From: a virus
Lineage: Duplodnaviria; Caudoviricetes
Strand: one strand, 5' to 3'
Length of the DNA: 64,000 nucleotides
Virus record (IMG/VR): IMGVR_UViG_2721755486_000001
Coordinates: 96,001-160,000 of that record
The position numbers and the translations under genes are program-made. Below are positions 48,160 through 56,658 of this stretch, in pieces. Within the stretch, counting starts at the first letter, position 1. Each line of letters starts with the position of its first letter. The notes under the pieces are model-generated. The model was not told the origin of the DNA. It did no database searches and worked only from the letters and a program-made list of their open reading frames with translations.

Positions 48160-50088
48160 TTAGGCGGCGGGCTCCGCTGGTGCCACGGGCGCGGCTGGCG
48201 CTTCAGCAGCCGCAGCCGGTGCCGCTGGCTCTGCGGCAGGCACGTCCGCAGGGGCAGCCACGTCAGCGTCGTACTCGGCCAGCCAAGCGTCCAGCTCAAG
48301 GACGCATAGGCATTCGTTGTTGCCGGCGTCTTGCTGCGCGCCCTGCTGCGCGACCCCGGCCACACGGAACAGTTCGTCAACGACGGGACCGCCCGAGTTG
48401 CCTTTACGGATCAACTGATTGATTTCAAAACGCTGTAAGCCCGTGCGTGGAAAACGCGCAGTCACGATCGCGGGTTCAATGTTGGCACGTCGACCGTTGT
48501 TCCAGTTTGGGAAGCCGATGAGGTGGGTCGGCGCATGACGATTGATCGGCGCTTCCATCCCTGAGAAGTGACGATGATCCGGCGGCGCGCCTTCGAACTC
48601 GAGCAGCGCCAGATCCCGATGTGCATGCCGGTGCACGACGCGCAGAGGCCATCGCTGACCCGAGACTGGATCAATCGCGGTCACGTTCAACCCCTGCACG
48701 GCTGCTTCGTTGATGTCCGTCGTGAACGGGATTTCTTGGGCGTTCGGACCGTCCCCCAACTGGTATTCACCTTCGGCCCGGAAAACGTGATCACAAGTGA
48801 TCAGCCGGTTGCGTTGCTTGTATGCGAAAGCGGTGCCCTGACCGCCCACCATGGTGGGTTGCCCAGGGACGGGTGGTTGATAGTCCGCGGCCCACTCCAC
48901 GACAAAGACCGCGCGTTCTGCGTCCTCGACGTTGCGGACGATCGCTTCGACCGGCAGCGTCGATGCGGCGAAGTCCGCGTTGCCGTCGCGCTCCCGAGCC
49001 ACTAGTCGGTTGTATTTCTCGGCCAGACGCGTATAGATCGCGTCCGAGTCCCCACGAACCATCCGAACGTACAGCAGTTTTCCCCAAAGAACGTTTTTCA
49101 GCGCCGGCGTTTGCCCAGTCCGAGTTTGCCGCTTCCACGGACGCTTCTCATACGCGAGGGTAGTGCCGTTGGTTACGCGTTGTTCCCATGCGGCTTGGGC
49201 AGCGGCGTACCCGTACCTGTCCCAAGCGTGCAATGCGCCGCGAATCTTGTCGATGAAAATGCGCTTGACGTTAGCGAACTCGTTGATGACGATGCCGGTG
49301 ACTTCCATGCGACGGCGGCGCGTCGACATTCGCGTCTTGGACGGATTGATCTGGAAGTTGTGCTGGTTGATGATCCCAACCAGTTCTTGGCCGAGCGTGA
49401 CAACGCCGCTGTCGAAGGTGCAGATGTTCGACGGCAGCGCTGCTCGAGTGGGCGCCGAAAAGCTGAACGTGATGTCGTCCGCGTAACGCGTGTAGGTGGC
49501 TCGGTGACGCTTCGCCAAGGCCATCAAATCACGGTCCATCGACCGGCACACCTGGTTCGACAGAAAAGGCGAGGTCGGTGCGCCTTGCGGCAGCTCGTTC
49601 CCGACGACGCACATCTGCGCCAAGACTGTGGCGACCTCGTGGGAATAGTTGAACGGAGGTTTTTTCAGTACACCACGCACGCGGTAAAAGCTGATCGACG
49701 GGAAGAACGCTTCCAGGTCCAGATTCAAAACGAACGTTGGGCGTCGCTCCAGATGCCTGCGTGCGTTGGTGACGATGCTGCGGTCTTTGATGAATGCGTG
49801 CGCGCATGGCTTCGGGGTTCCTGCGCGCTCGTACAAATGCGCAAGCACTTTCTCCTGCAGAACCTTCAGCCGACGACGGGGCTCACGGATCAAGCGAAAA
49901 CCGCCGCTACGTTTCGCCATCAAGAACGCTCTGTACGGCGGATGCGGGTATAGGATTTTCTGGACTTGCTCGTATGGGACGCCAAGGACGCCGGTGGAAA
50001 ACACGTGGACGTCCATGCGCTCCCAAGCGTCCATCAGGTCCTGGTTTTCAACGAGGGCCTGGATCAGGATGGTGTTTGGAGTGTTCAT
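48160..50088 (-). CDS. Retron-type reverse transcriptase fused to a trypsin-like serine protease
   Basis: KRSGGFR, NARRH, LDLEAFFPSI, LPQGAPTSP, YTRYADD, VTG; protease TCDHV, DLALL, GNSGGP. Confidence 0.9.
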   Translation of the reverse strand: MNTPNTILIQALVENQDLMDAWERMDVHVFSTGVLGVPYEQVQKILYPHPPYRAFLMAKRSGGFRLIREPRRRLKVLQEKVLAHLYERAGTPKPCAHAFIKDRSIVTNARRHLERRPTFVLNLDLEAFFPSISFYRVRGVLKKPPFNYSHEVATVLAQMCVVGNELPQGAPTSPFLSNQVCRSMDRDLMALAKRHRATYTRYADDITFSFSAPTRAALPSNICTFDSGVVTLGQELVGIINQHNFQINPSKTRMSTRRRRMEVTGIVINEFANVKRIFIDKIRGALHAWDRYGYAAAQAAWEQRVTNGTTLAYEKRPWKRQTRTGQTPALKNVLWGKLLYVRMVRGDSDAIYTRLAEKYNRLVARERDGNADFAASTLPVEAIVRNVEDAERAVFVVEWAADYQPPVPGQPTMVGGQGTAFAYKQRNRLITCDHVFRAEGEYQLGDGPNAQEIPFTTDINEAAVQGLNVTAIDPVSGQRWPLRVVHRHAHRDLALLEFEGAPPDHRHFSGMEAPINRHAPTHLIGFPNWNNGRRANIEPAIVTARFPRTGLQRFEINQLIRKGNSGGPVVDELFRVAGVAQQGAQQDAGNNECLCVLELDAWLAEYDADVAAPADVPAAEPAAPAAAAEAPAAPVAPAEPAA

Positions 50089-50099
50089 GGAAGGACAAG

Positions 50100-50231
50100 G
50101 CCGCCCCGGGGAGCTTTCTCCTGTACCTGCTGCGCGCAATCACGGACAGTCCGGATGCCCAGCGGATCGGGGATACCATGCTGCAAACGTCTGCGTTAAC
50201 GCGAACGAGATTAAGTGGTGCCCGGAGCGGC
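50100..50231 (-). ncRNA. Predicted retron msr-msd RNA
   Basis: Terminal inverted repeats GCCGCTCCGGG (50221-50231) and CCCGGGGCGGC (50100-50110); long imperfect hairpin ~50117-50176; ends 11 nt before the RT ATG. Confidence 0.7.
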
Positions 50232-50236
50232 AAACG

Positions 50237-50266
50237 ATTTTAAGGTCTGATGTTACGCCGCCGCAA
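50237..50266 (-). promoter_or_regulatory. Sigma70-like promoter for the retron transcript
   Basis: TTGCGG-18-TAAAAT ending 5 nt before the first inverted repeat. Confidence 0.55.
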
Positions 50267-50273
50267 TGGGCTC

Positions 50274-50657
50274 TCATTCTCGGTGTTGCTCTTTTTTGAG
50301 CAGGGACGCCAGATGGTGTGCCGATTTAAGGACGATCGCACGTTGGGCCGGGGCCAGTCCGTTCAACGAGGCGATGAGGGTGCGGGCTTCATCGGTGGGG
50401 TGCACGGACGCGGAGGTGAGGATCTCCTCGATCGGCACGTCGAGCACGTCGCAAAACATCACCAGCCGTTCGATGGACATGGCGACCTTGCCACTTTCGA
50501 GGCGCGAGACGCTCTCCTTTTCCAGGCCGAGTTTGTCGGCGAGGACAGCCTGGGTCCAGCCGCGGGCTCGGCGCACAGCAGCGAGGCGCTGACCAATCTC
50601 CTGGACCATTTCCTTGGCACTTCGCTCTACCGCCTTTCCCACAACCAGAATCTCCAA
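50274..50657 (-). CDS. XRE-family HTH regulator
   Basis: IGQRLAAVRRARGWTQAVLADKLGLEKESVSRLESG; true start may be slightly downstream. Confidence 0.85.
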   Translation of the reverse strand: MEILVVGKAVERSAKEMVQEIGQRLAAVRRARGWTQAVLADKLGLEKESVSRLESGKVAMSIERLVMFCDVLDVPIEEILTSASVHPTDEARTLIASLNGLAPAQRAIVLKSAHHLASLLKKEQHRE

Positions 50658-50830
50658 AGCACGTCATTTGATGACGTGAAGTGTGGCGTCTGGCTGTGCG
50701 TTTGTAGATGCTGCAAAGTGCATCTGATGACGCAATGTGCATTTTAAGCGCGTTTTTGCCGAAAAAAAGCGTGCATAAACCCGTACCTCCACACCCGGCG
50801 CGGGGCGGCGGGGTGGTGGCGGTTCAAGCG

Positions 50831-51703
50831 CTAGGCAGCGGGGTCTTGATTCACGCGAGCGGCGCGCTCGCGGGCCAGCTGCTCCGGGGACTTGTCCGCG
50901 GCGATCGTTCCGGTGGGCGGCTCGATGGTGTAGTCCCCCCGCACCAGACGAGGAGCAGGTGCCGTGGCACGGGTAGAGACGGTGGGTTTGGCGGGCGTCG
51001 ACGTGCTCGATGCAGGCGCTGGCGGTGGCCCTGATCGGTCGATCGCGTCCAGTTCGCGTTGGCGCTCTGCAGCGGCGGCGACGTATGCTGGGGATTTCAT
51101 GGCCCGATCGTCGAGGACGCCCTTGGCGACGAAGGCGAGGATGAAACCCAGAATCGCGCCCCCGAACAGACCGCCCATGAACGTGGCGCCGGGGAAGCAC
51201 GCGATCACGAACCAGACCGTGACGCACGACCATCCGTAGACGGACCAGAATGAAGGGAAGCACTTCGCCAGGCGGGGCCCGTAGCGCTGCTCCACGGCGA
51301 TCCTCAACCCGGCCTTCCGTTGCTCCTCGTCGCGGGCCCGCTTCTCGGCTTCCCGGTGCTGCCGGGCTTGTTCCTGGTAGGCCGCCTGTTGGCGCTCCTG
51401 CTCGACACGGGAGAACTCGTTCCGGGCGAGGTCGCCGGCGGCGCGCTTGATCGCGTTGATCGCCAGCTCACGCGAGCACCGGAACCATTCCTTTCCCTCG
51501 CGGTGCTTGCGCAGGCGCAGGTGGCCCTCCCGTTCGACCGCTCGTGCGTCGGGCACGTGCGTCGAGTATTCGACCACCACAGGATGGGGCGAATGGGTCC
51601 CGTTGAGCTGCGCCGCGCGTTCCTCGGGCGTCCCGGTGGTGAAGCCGACCTTGACCAGGCCGGGCATCGCCTTGTTCGACATCACATAGACGTAACCTTC
51701 CAC
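50831..51703 (-). CDS. T5orf172/GIY-YIG-like domain membrane protein
   Basis: GYVYVMSN..PGLVKVGFT..R..L..EWF; two TM segments; GTG start after GGAGG. Confidence 0.75.
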   Translation of the reverse strand: MEGYVYVMSNKAMPGLVKVGFTTGTPEERAAQLNGTHSPHPVVVEYSTHVPDARAVEREGHLRLRKHREGKEWFRCSRELAINAIKRAAGDLARNEFSRVEQERQQAAYQEQARQHREAEKRARDEEQRKAGLRIAVEQRYGPRLAKCFPSFWSVYGWSCVTVWFVIACFPGATFMGGLFGGAILGFILAFVAKGVLDDRAMKSPAYVAAAAERQRELDAIDRSGPPPAPASSTSTPAKPTVSTRATAPAPRLVRGDYTIEPPTGTIAADKSPEQLARERAARVNQDPAA

Positions 51704-51726
51704 GGTTCCCTCCGCTGGGGACGTGT

Positions 51727-52731
51727 TCAATGCAGGTTGTCGGCGGCCTGCCAGATGGTGGCGAGCTGGGCGTGGCCATGCGCTTTGGCCTGGGCGGCAG
51801 CGGCGAGCGCGGAGTGCAGCGGGGGCAGCACAGCGTTGTAGGCGGCGACGGCACGCGCGAGGCCCTTGCACGGGCCCATGTCCGGGATCACGTCCCCGAC
51901 CTTCACGGTGCTCCCGTCCAGGCAGGTCCCTCGCCACTGGGCGATGCGGGCGTTCAGGGCGTTCTCCGCCGACGCTGCATCGGCCTGCACCCGGTCGATC
52001 GAATCGTCGGCGATCGAGATCTGCGACTTGTCGACGCCCATCTGTCCGACGATCACGCCGGCCTGGCCCTGCGCGACACCGTTGCCGGTGGCTTCGAGGC
52101 GCTGGGCGCGATCGAGCTTGGCCTGCTCGGCGGTCACGGCGTGCTCGTAGTAGGCCTGGGCCCGGGGCAGGCGTTCGAGGTGCTGGTGGGCGCTCGCGAC
52201 GAACTGGTTCAGGCTGTCCGTGAGGGCGTTCACCTGGCGGTTGAGCTGCTCGACCCGCTGGCCCCGTTGGCGTGCGGCGATGATCGGCTGGCCGGCCTGG
52301 TTGAGCTGGGCCACCTCCTGGTCGAAATCGGAGGGCTGACCTTTGGCGAAGTGCTCGACACCGGTCTGGGCACCGTTGGCCACCGTGAGGTCGATCCCGT
52401 CGCCGGTGACCGACCCGCTGAAGTTCTGCCCGATGGGCAGGGGCGTTTCCAGGACGGTGAGGGTGATGCTGTTCCCGTCGACCGATCCCGACACGTTGGC
52501 GCTGCTCGACGTCAGGGTGCCGTCGTTCTTCAGCCCGGCGTGGCGGAGCGTACCGGTGAAACGATGGTCGGGCGTTTCGGTGATTTGCAGGAGGTCCGCC
52601 TGGTTGCCGAAGTGGGCCACGTAGGACCCCGAGACGGAGCGGTCACCGCACCCGGCGAGGAGCAGGGTGCTCCCCACGATCGCCGTCACGCACGTCGCCA
52701 GGCCCCGGCCTTTGCGCTGTTGGTCCTTCAT
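51727..52731 (-). CDS. Lipoprotein, hypothetical
   Basis: Lipobox LLLAGC after MKDQQRK. Confidence 0.7.
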   Translation of the reverse strand: MKDQQRKGRGLATCVTAIVGSTLLLAGCGDRSVSGSYVAHFGNQADLLQITETPDHRFTGTLRHAGLKNDGTLTSSSANVSGSVDGNSITLTVLETPLPIGQNFSGSVTGDGIDLTVANGAQTGVEHFAKGQPSDFDQEVAQLNQAGQPIIAARQRGQRVEQLNRQVNALTDSLNQFVASAHQHLERLPRAQAYYEHAVTAEQAKLDRAQRLEATGNGVAQGQAGVIVGQMGVDKSQISIADDSIDRVQADAASAENALNARIAQWRGTCLDGSTVKVGDVIPDMGPCKGLARAVAAYNAVLPPLHSALAAAAQAKAHGHAQLATIWQAADNLH

Positions 52732-52882
52732 CCCCGCCCCCGATCTCGATTGGTCCCACCGTATTGTGTGAACAGTATAGCGACAGCGTGCGGCACCCGG
52801 ACGGGGCGAGCGGGGTGGACCTGCCTTGATGCGCAGATACCGATGAACCATCAGCGTGTGTTGCACAGGTCCGGGCCACGGG

Positions 52883-53404
52883 TCAGTGGGTGCGGAAGGT
52901 GTTCCAGGTGTCTGTGTCGAGGTGCATCGAGGCCATCACCTCGAAGAGGTACAGCTCAAGGTCGTTGTCGATCTGAATGTATGCGATCGACATTTCCCGC
53001 AGCCGGCCCTGGGCGGTGAGGAAGACCTCGCGAAACTGCTCGTCCTTCATCGCCTGGTCCCGCTTCATTTCGTGCGGGAAGTCCATGCTCGCCATTTTGT
53101 AGACCAGGCTGGCGGCCGAGTGGGTCTCGAAGTTCAGGTGTTGCAGCAGGCGTTTGATGACCCCACGCGAGATTCCCACGTAAACGGGGCGGTCCTCGTC
53201 GAGGAACACATAGCAGCCGGGGAAGTCGGTGCTTCGGTCGATGGTCTCGCCGATCACCGACAGCGCGCTCTTGGCCGTTGTGTACCCGACGAAGGTGTTG
53301 GCTGGAATGGGCGATTGGAGGGCGGCCTTAAGCCGTTCCAGGTGAGCGGGCAGCACGGTGGCGGCCAGCTCGTCGAAAGTGTGGGTGCAGTTGTCGATCG
53401 GCAT
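52883..53404 (-). CDS. GIY-YIG nuclease family protein
   Basis: PGCYVF..VYVGIS..RLLQH..E..N. Confidence 0.75.
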   Translation of the reverse strand: MPIDNCTHTFDELAATVLPAHLERLKAALQSPIPANTFVGYTTAKSALSVIGETIDRSTDFPGCYVFLDEDRPVYVGISRGVIKRLLQHLNFETHSAASLVYKMASMDFPHEMKRDQAMKDEQFREVFLTAQGRLREMSIAYIQIDNDLELYLFEVMASMHLDTDTWNTFRTH

Positions 53405-53447
53405 GCGGGGATCAGCGGGGTGGAGGGGAGAGACGCCGATCATACCC

Positions 53448-53651
53448 GGGCATACGGGGCATACATGGGCTCGAGCCCACCGTGCGCGGAGGAGCCCCTC
53501 TAAAGTATGCCCAAGAGGCTGGGCATACTCGACGGAACCGGCTCCCGATCGGGGCAAAACCCGGCCAGCAGGGCGTTCCGGGATGCCGCCAATAGCCCGC
53601 ACCAATCTGTATGCCCGGTGTATCAGGATATTCTATTTTGGCTGGGCATAC
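53448..53651. repeat. Six GGGCATAC/GTATGCCC octamers near the island right end
   Basis: 53448, 53457, 53521, 53644 (+); 53505, 53609 (inverted). Confidence 0.7.
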
Positions 53652-53678
53652 AGCCTGAAACGACCGTCCTACAAGGGC

Positions 53679-53789
53679 TCAGTGTTTTACACCCCGATAA
53701 TGCTGCATCATCGGCGTATGGCTGTCCTTGGACGGTTTCTTGACTGCTTGATCCACGTTGGCTTTTTCCTGCTTTTCCTTGTCTGGCAT
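53679..53789 (-). pseudogene. mutS: mutS 5' replacement fragment across an att-like core
   Basis: MPDKEKQEKANVDQAVKKPSKDSHTPMMQHYRGVKH*; HTPMMQ matches the MutS N-terminal HTPMMQQY motif; divergent from the integrase. Confidence 0.7.
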
Positions 53790-53875
53790 GGCTTTCGGCG
53801 GGGTTCGGTGGGCTTCTTGCGCGATCTACATATACCGTCCGCACCCGTCCTCACGCCAATGCACTCGCGCCTTCA

Positions 53876-53965
53876 GCGTAGCTTTTTGGCGAACGGTCCT
53901 AGGAAACCTACGCTGCGTGCGTGTGTCCCACTTCCAGGAAAACCTACGCCGAGAAAACCTACGCC
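53876..53965. repeat. Integrase arm-type sites AAACCTACGC
   Basis: 53904, 53940, 53955 direct; GCGTAGCTTT inverted variant at 53876. Confidence 0.6.
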
Positions 53966-55291
53966 ATGCAATTCGATGCCCGAGCTGCGAAGCTGCTGCA
54001 ACCAGGCGAACACCTGGTGATCGCCGATTGTCCAGGCCTCCGGTTGGAGGTCAGTGCCACGCGCCGTAGCTGGATCTACCGCTACAAGTCTCCGGTCGAC
54101 GGGCGTATGCGCCAATCCAAGATCGGCGCCTGGCCAGCCATGTCACCGGCGGCGGCTATCGTCGAATGGGAGCGGCTTCGGGCCGCCCGCGATGGTGGCG
54201 CAGATCCCGCTGCAGAGAAGCGCGCGGCACGCACCGCAGCTCAAGGCAAAACAGCCGATAGTTTACCGCACGCCGCTGACTACACCGTCCGTCGGCTGTG
54301 CGACGACTACCTGTCCGGATACATCGAGCGCCGGCGGAAGAGGAAGGGGGCGGACGAGGTCGGGCGTATGTTCAACAAGATGCTCGGTGGTCTAGGGAGC
54401 GTTCGCGCAGACAGTATTACTCGTGCCCAGGCATTTGACTTCCTGGATGGCTTCGCGAGCATTCCTGTGCAGGCCGCCAAGCTTCGTGCCGAGCTCGGCG
54501 CCGCTTGGGACTATGCGTTGGACGCGGGCCGGCTGTCGGATACCGTGCCTAACTGGTGGCGGCAGGTGATGAGGGGGCGACTGCGGAGCAAGGGCAAGCG
54601 CATTGAGGGCAAGTCTGTGGGCACTGCCAAGCGCGTGCTGACGCCCAAGGAGGTCGGCGAATTGGTCCGGTGGATGCCCAACTTCAGTCGGGTGGTGGCG
54701 GATGCGCTGACGCTCTACCTTTGGACCGGCTGCCGCGGTTCGGAAATCGTATCGATGGAGGTACGTGAGCTTAGCGAGGAGCCCGATGGGCTCTGGTGGA
54801 CTATCCCGAAGATGAAGACAAAAAACTCACATCGGGACGCTGCTACAGATTTGCGCGTACCGCTGATTGGCCGTGCGGAGCAGATCGTGCGTCGTCGCAG
54901 GGATATTGCTGTGAATGGCTACTTGTTCCCAGTGCGGCAGACTGGCGATAGGGCGACGGTTGGCCATATTGAACAGAAAACGATTCAAACCGCTGTTCAT
55001 TACCATCAGCCCTATTCGAAGACCAAGCCGAAGTCGAAGAGGCCGAGGCTGACCATCACGCATTGGGCTCCGCATGATCTACGGCGAACCCTACGGACTA
55101 CCTTGACGGCGCAGGGTTGCCCAACCGATGTGGCCGAGGCAATCATTGGGCATATGCAGCCTGGTGTGCAGGGTGTCTACAACCTTCACGCCTACGACCA
55201 CGAGCGACATGCTTGGCTCAAGCGTATCTCAGCATATTGGGAAGCGCAGGCGGCTCACGGAGGTGAATTTTTGCTGGCGGTTGCTCCATGA
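53966..55291 (+). CDS. int: Tyrosine integrase with arm-binding domain
   Basis: GLRLEV..SWIYRY..IGAWP; TGCRGSE, HDLRR, IIGH, YN. Confidence 0.92.
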   Translation: MQFDARAAKLLQPGEHLVIADCPGLRLEVSATRRSWIYRYKSPVDGRMRQSKIGAWPAMSPAAAIVEWERLRAARDGGADPAAEKRAARTAAQGKTADSLPHAADYTVRRLCDDYLSGYIERRRKRKGADEVGRMFNKMLGGLGSVRADSITRAQAFDFLDGFASIPVQAAKLRAELGAAWDYALDAGRLSDTVPNWWRQVMRGRLRSKGKRIEGKSVGTAKRVLTPKEVGELVRWMPNFSRVVADALTLYLWTGCRGSEIVSMEVRELSEEPDGLWWTIPKMKTKNSHRDAATDLRVPLIGRAEQIVRRRRDIAVNGYLFPVRQTGDRATVGHIEQKTIQTAVHYHQPYSKTKPKSKRPRLTITHWAPHDLRRTLRTTLTAQGCPTDVAEAIIGHMQPGVQGVYNLHAYDHERHAWLKRISAYWEAQAAHGGEFLLAVAP

Positions 55292-55556
55292 GTGCTTCAG
55301 GGTTAAATGGCTTGTTGCGAACCCGCTGAACACTTCCTGTCATATGCAATCTCTCGACACGTATCAGGAGATCGTTGAAAATGTTCAGTCATTTGGATTC
55401 TTGGGGGCGCTAAGTACTAACCAGGCTGCGCGCTGGTCACGGTGCGTGTCTTCATCACGTTGTCATGTGCGGTGGGTATGGCATCTGGCAGTCGAGGGAT
55501 GAATGGTGGCGAGACATTAGTGCAAGATCTTTCGAAATCTTAATCTGCGAGTGTGC

Positions 55557-56657
55557 ATGCGAATTAATTATTTGACGGTTAATGGGCTTTTTGGGAAGCC
55601 TGGTGTCATTACCTATTGGTTTAATCCGGATTTGAATATTCTGACTGGACGAAATGGGGCGGGGAAAACAACGATCATAAAATTGGCTTGGGCTTTAATT
55701 AGCGGCAATATATTGCTCGCCCTTCGGGAGGTGAATTTTAAGTCGTGTACTGTTGGTACGGATGAATATACTTGCACTGTCATTCGAACGGGGTCCGTGC
55801 ATTGCAGGATTGAGTTGGAGATCGATGGGGAAAGTCATGTTCTAGAGGACGACGATGAGGAGCCTGACGGTTATTGTGAATATGCTGAGGATAAGGCTCA
55901 ATCACGTATGGTCGGTAGGGGGGGGTCCATTTTCTTCCCTACATTCCGTCGGATCGAAGGTGGATTCTCTATAGCGCCTGCCTCTTCGAATCGACCTCGA
56001 GGTGGCACGAAATCAGTTGGTGAGTTGGAGGAGTCGCTGGTGTCGGTTTCTCGCAAGCTCTCGAATGAAAAGCATTCATTCATTGCTGCATTGTCCAGTC
56101 AGGACATCGTGAGTTTGCTCTTGAAAAGGTACACGGCCTTATCCGAGGAAATAAACGCTTTTCAGGGGGACGTGACCAAAAGCGTTATTGAAAAAATTCG
56201 CCAATACGAGAAAACACAAAACAATCGACAGGATGCGGATGCTCTCCTCTCAGAAACTCGAGCGGAAATTGAGAAAATAGAGGAGTTTAGTTCGCGTACG
56301 CTGACTCCTCTTAATGGGGTTCGAGATCTCGTGGAGAGATTGTTTCAGCACTCTGGCATATCCTTTGGAACTCGATTGAGCTTTGGTGATGCCGCCGCCG
56401 CAGTGACAAGCGATGCATTATCGGCGGGTGAAAAGCAAATGCTCAGCTTCATTTGCTATAACGCATTTCATAAGAACTCCATTATATTTATTGATGAGCC
56501 GGAGCTTAGTCTGCATGTCGATTGGCAGAGAAGGCTTTATTCGATTCTTGAGTCGCAAGAATCGGGCAATCAGTTCATTTTCGCAACACACTCTCCCTTT
56601 ATTTACGCAAAATACCCAGATAAAGAGGTTAGCGTTGGTATCGATAGGGGGGAGTAA
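55557..56657 (+). CDS. ABC/AAA_21 ATPase (PARIS AriA-like)
   Basis: GRNGAGKT, LSAGEKQ, IDEPELSLH, ATHSP; low GC. Confidence 0.8.
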   Translation: MRINYLTVNGLFGKPGVITYWFNPDLNILTGRNGAGKTTIIKLAWALISGNILLALREVNFKSCTVGTDEYTCTVIRTGSVHCRIELEIDGESHVLEDDDEEPDGYCEYAEDKAQSRMVGRGGSIFFPTFRRIEGGFSIAPASSNRPRGGTKSVGELEESLVSVSRKLSNEKHSFIAALSSQDIVSLLLKRYTALSEEINAFQGDVTKSVIEKIRQYEKTQNNRQDADALLSETRAEIEKIEEFSSRTLTPLNGVRDLVERLFQHSGISFGTRLSFGDAAAAVTSDALSAGEKQMLSFICYNAFHKNSIIFIDEPELSLHVDWQRRLYSILESQESGNQFIFATHSPFIYAKYPDKEVSVGIDRGE

Positions 56658-56658
56658 T

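Larger units (their letters stand above)
858..50970. repeat. Dispersed palindrome GTGCC-N2-GGCAC (often CCGTGCCNNGGCACGG)
   Basis: Exact 12-bp cores start at 858, 1696, 3550, 5688, 7738, 14454, 16409, 18279, 19035, 21786, 26660, 29015, 29693, 32592, 38329, 38416, 39752, 41359, 43327, 43702, 44663, 50959; one-mismatch copies at 12398, 24214, 24962, 35806, 39843. Confidence 0.9.
1..53717. mobile_element. Mobilizable/conjugative genomic island (MOBF relaxase, two T4CP-like ATPases, ParA, cargo); left end outside window
   Basis: Relaxase and coupling proteins at 26.5-36 kb, ParA, island-restricted repeat families, right boundary at the mutS-like att core 53701-53717. No VirB/MPF genes in the window. 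Confidence 0.75.

Noticed and set aside
48160-50088. RT as a group II intron or DGR enzyme
   Set aside because: Has retron NAxxH and VTG motifs and an upstream inverted-repeat RNA; no maturase domain or TR/VR pair seen.
50089-50139. ORF-track N-terminal extension of the RT
   Set aside because: Overlaps the predicted inverted repeat and msd hairpin; ATG at 50088 is more plausible, although it lacks a clear RBS.
858-50970. Palindromes or cassette leaders as a CRISPR array or integron attC sites
   Set aside because: Spacing is kilobase-scale and irregular; no cas genes, integron integrase or attC-like boxes recognised.
1-53717. Calling the island a self-transmissible ICE
   Set aside because: No VirB4 or other mating-pore genes in the window; they may lie to the left, so only mobilizable is supported.
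53500-53965. tRNA or dusA as the integration target
   Set aside because: No tRNA cloverleaf or T-loop seen; the peptide reads HTPMMQ (MutS-like), not the DusA APMxDW motif.
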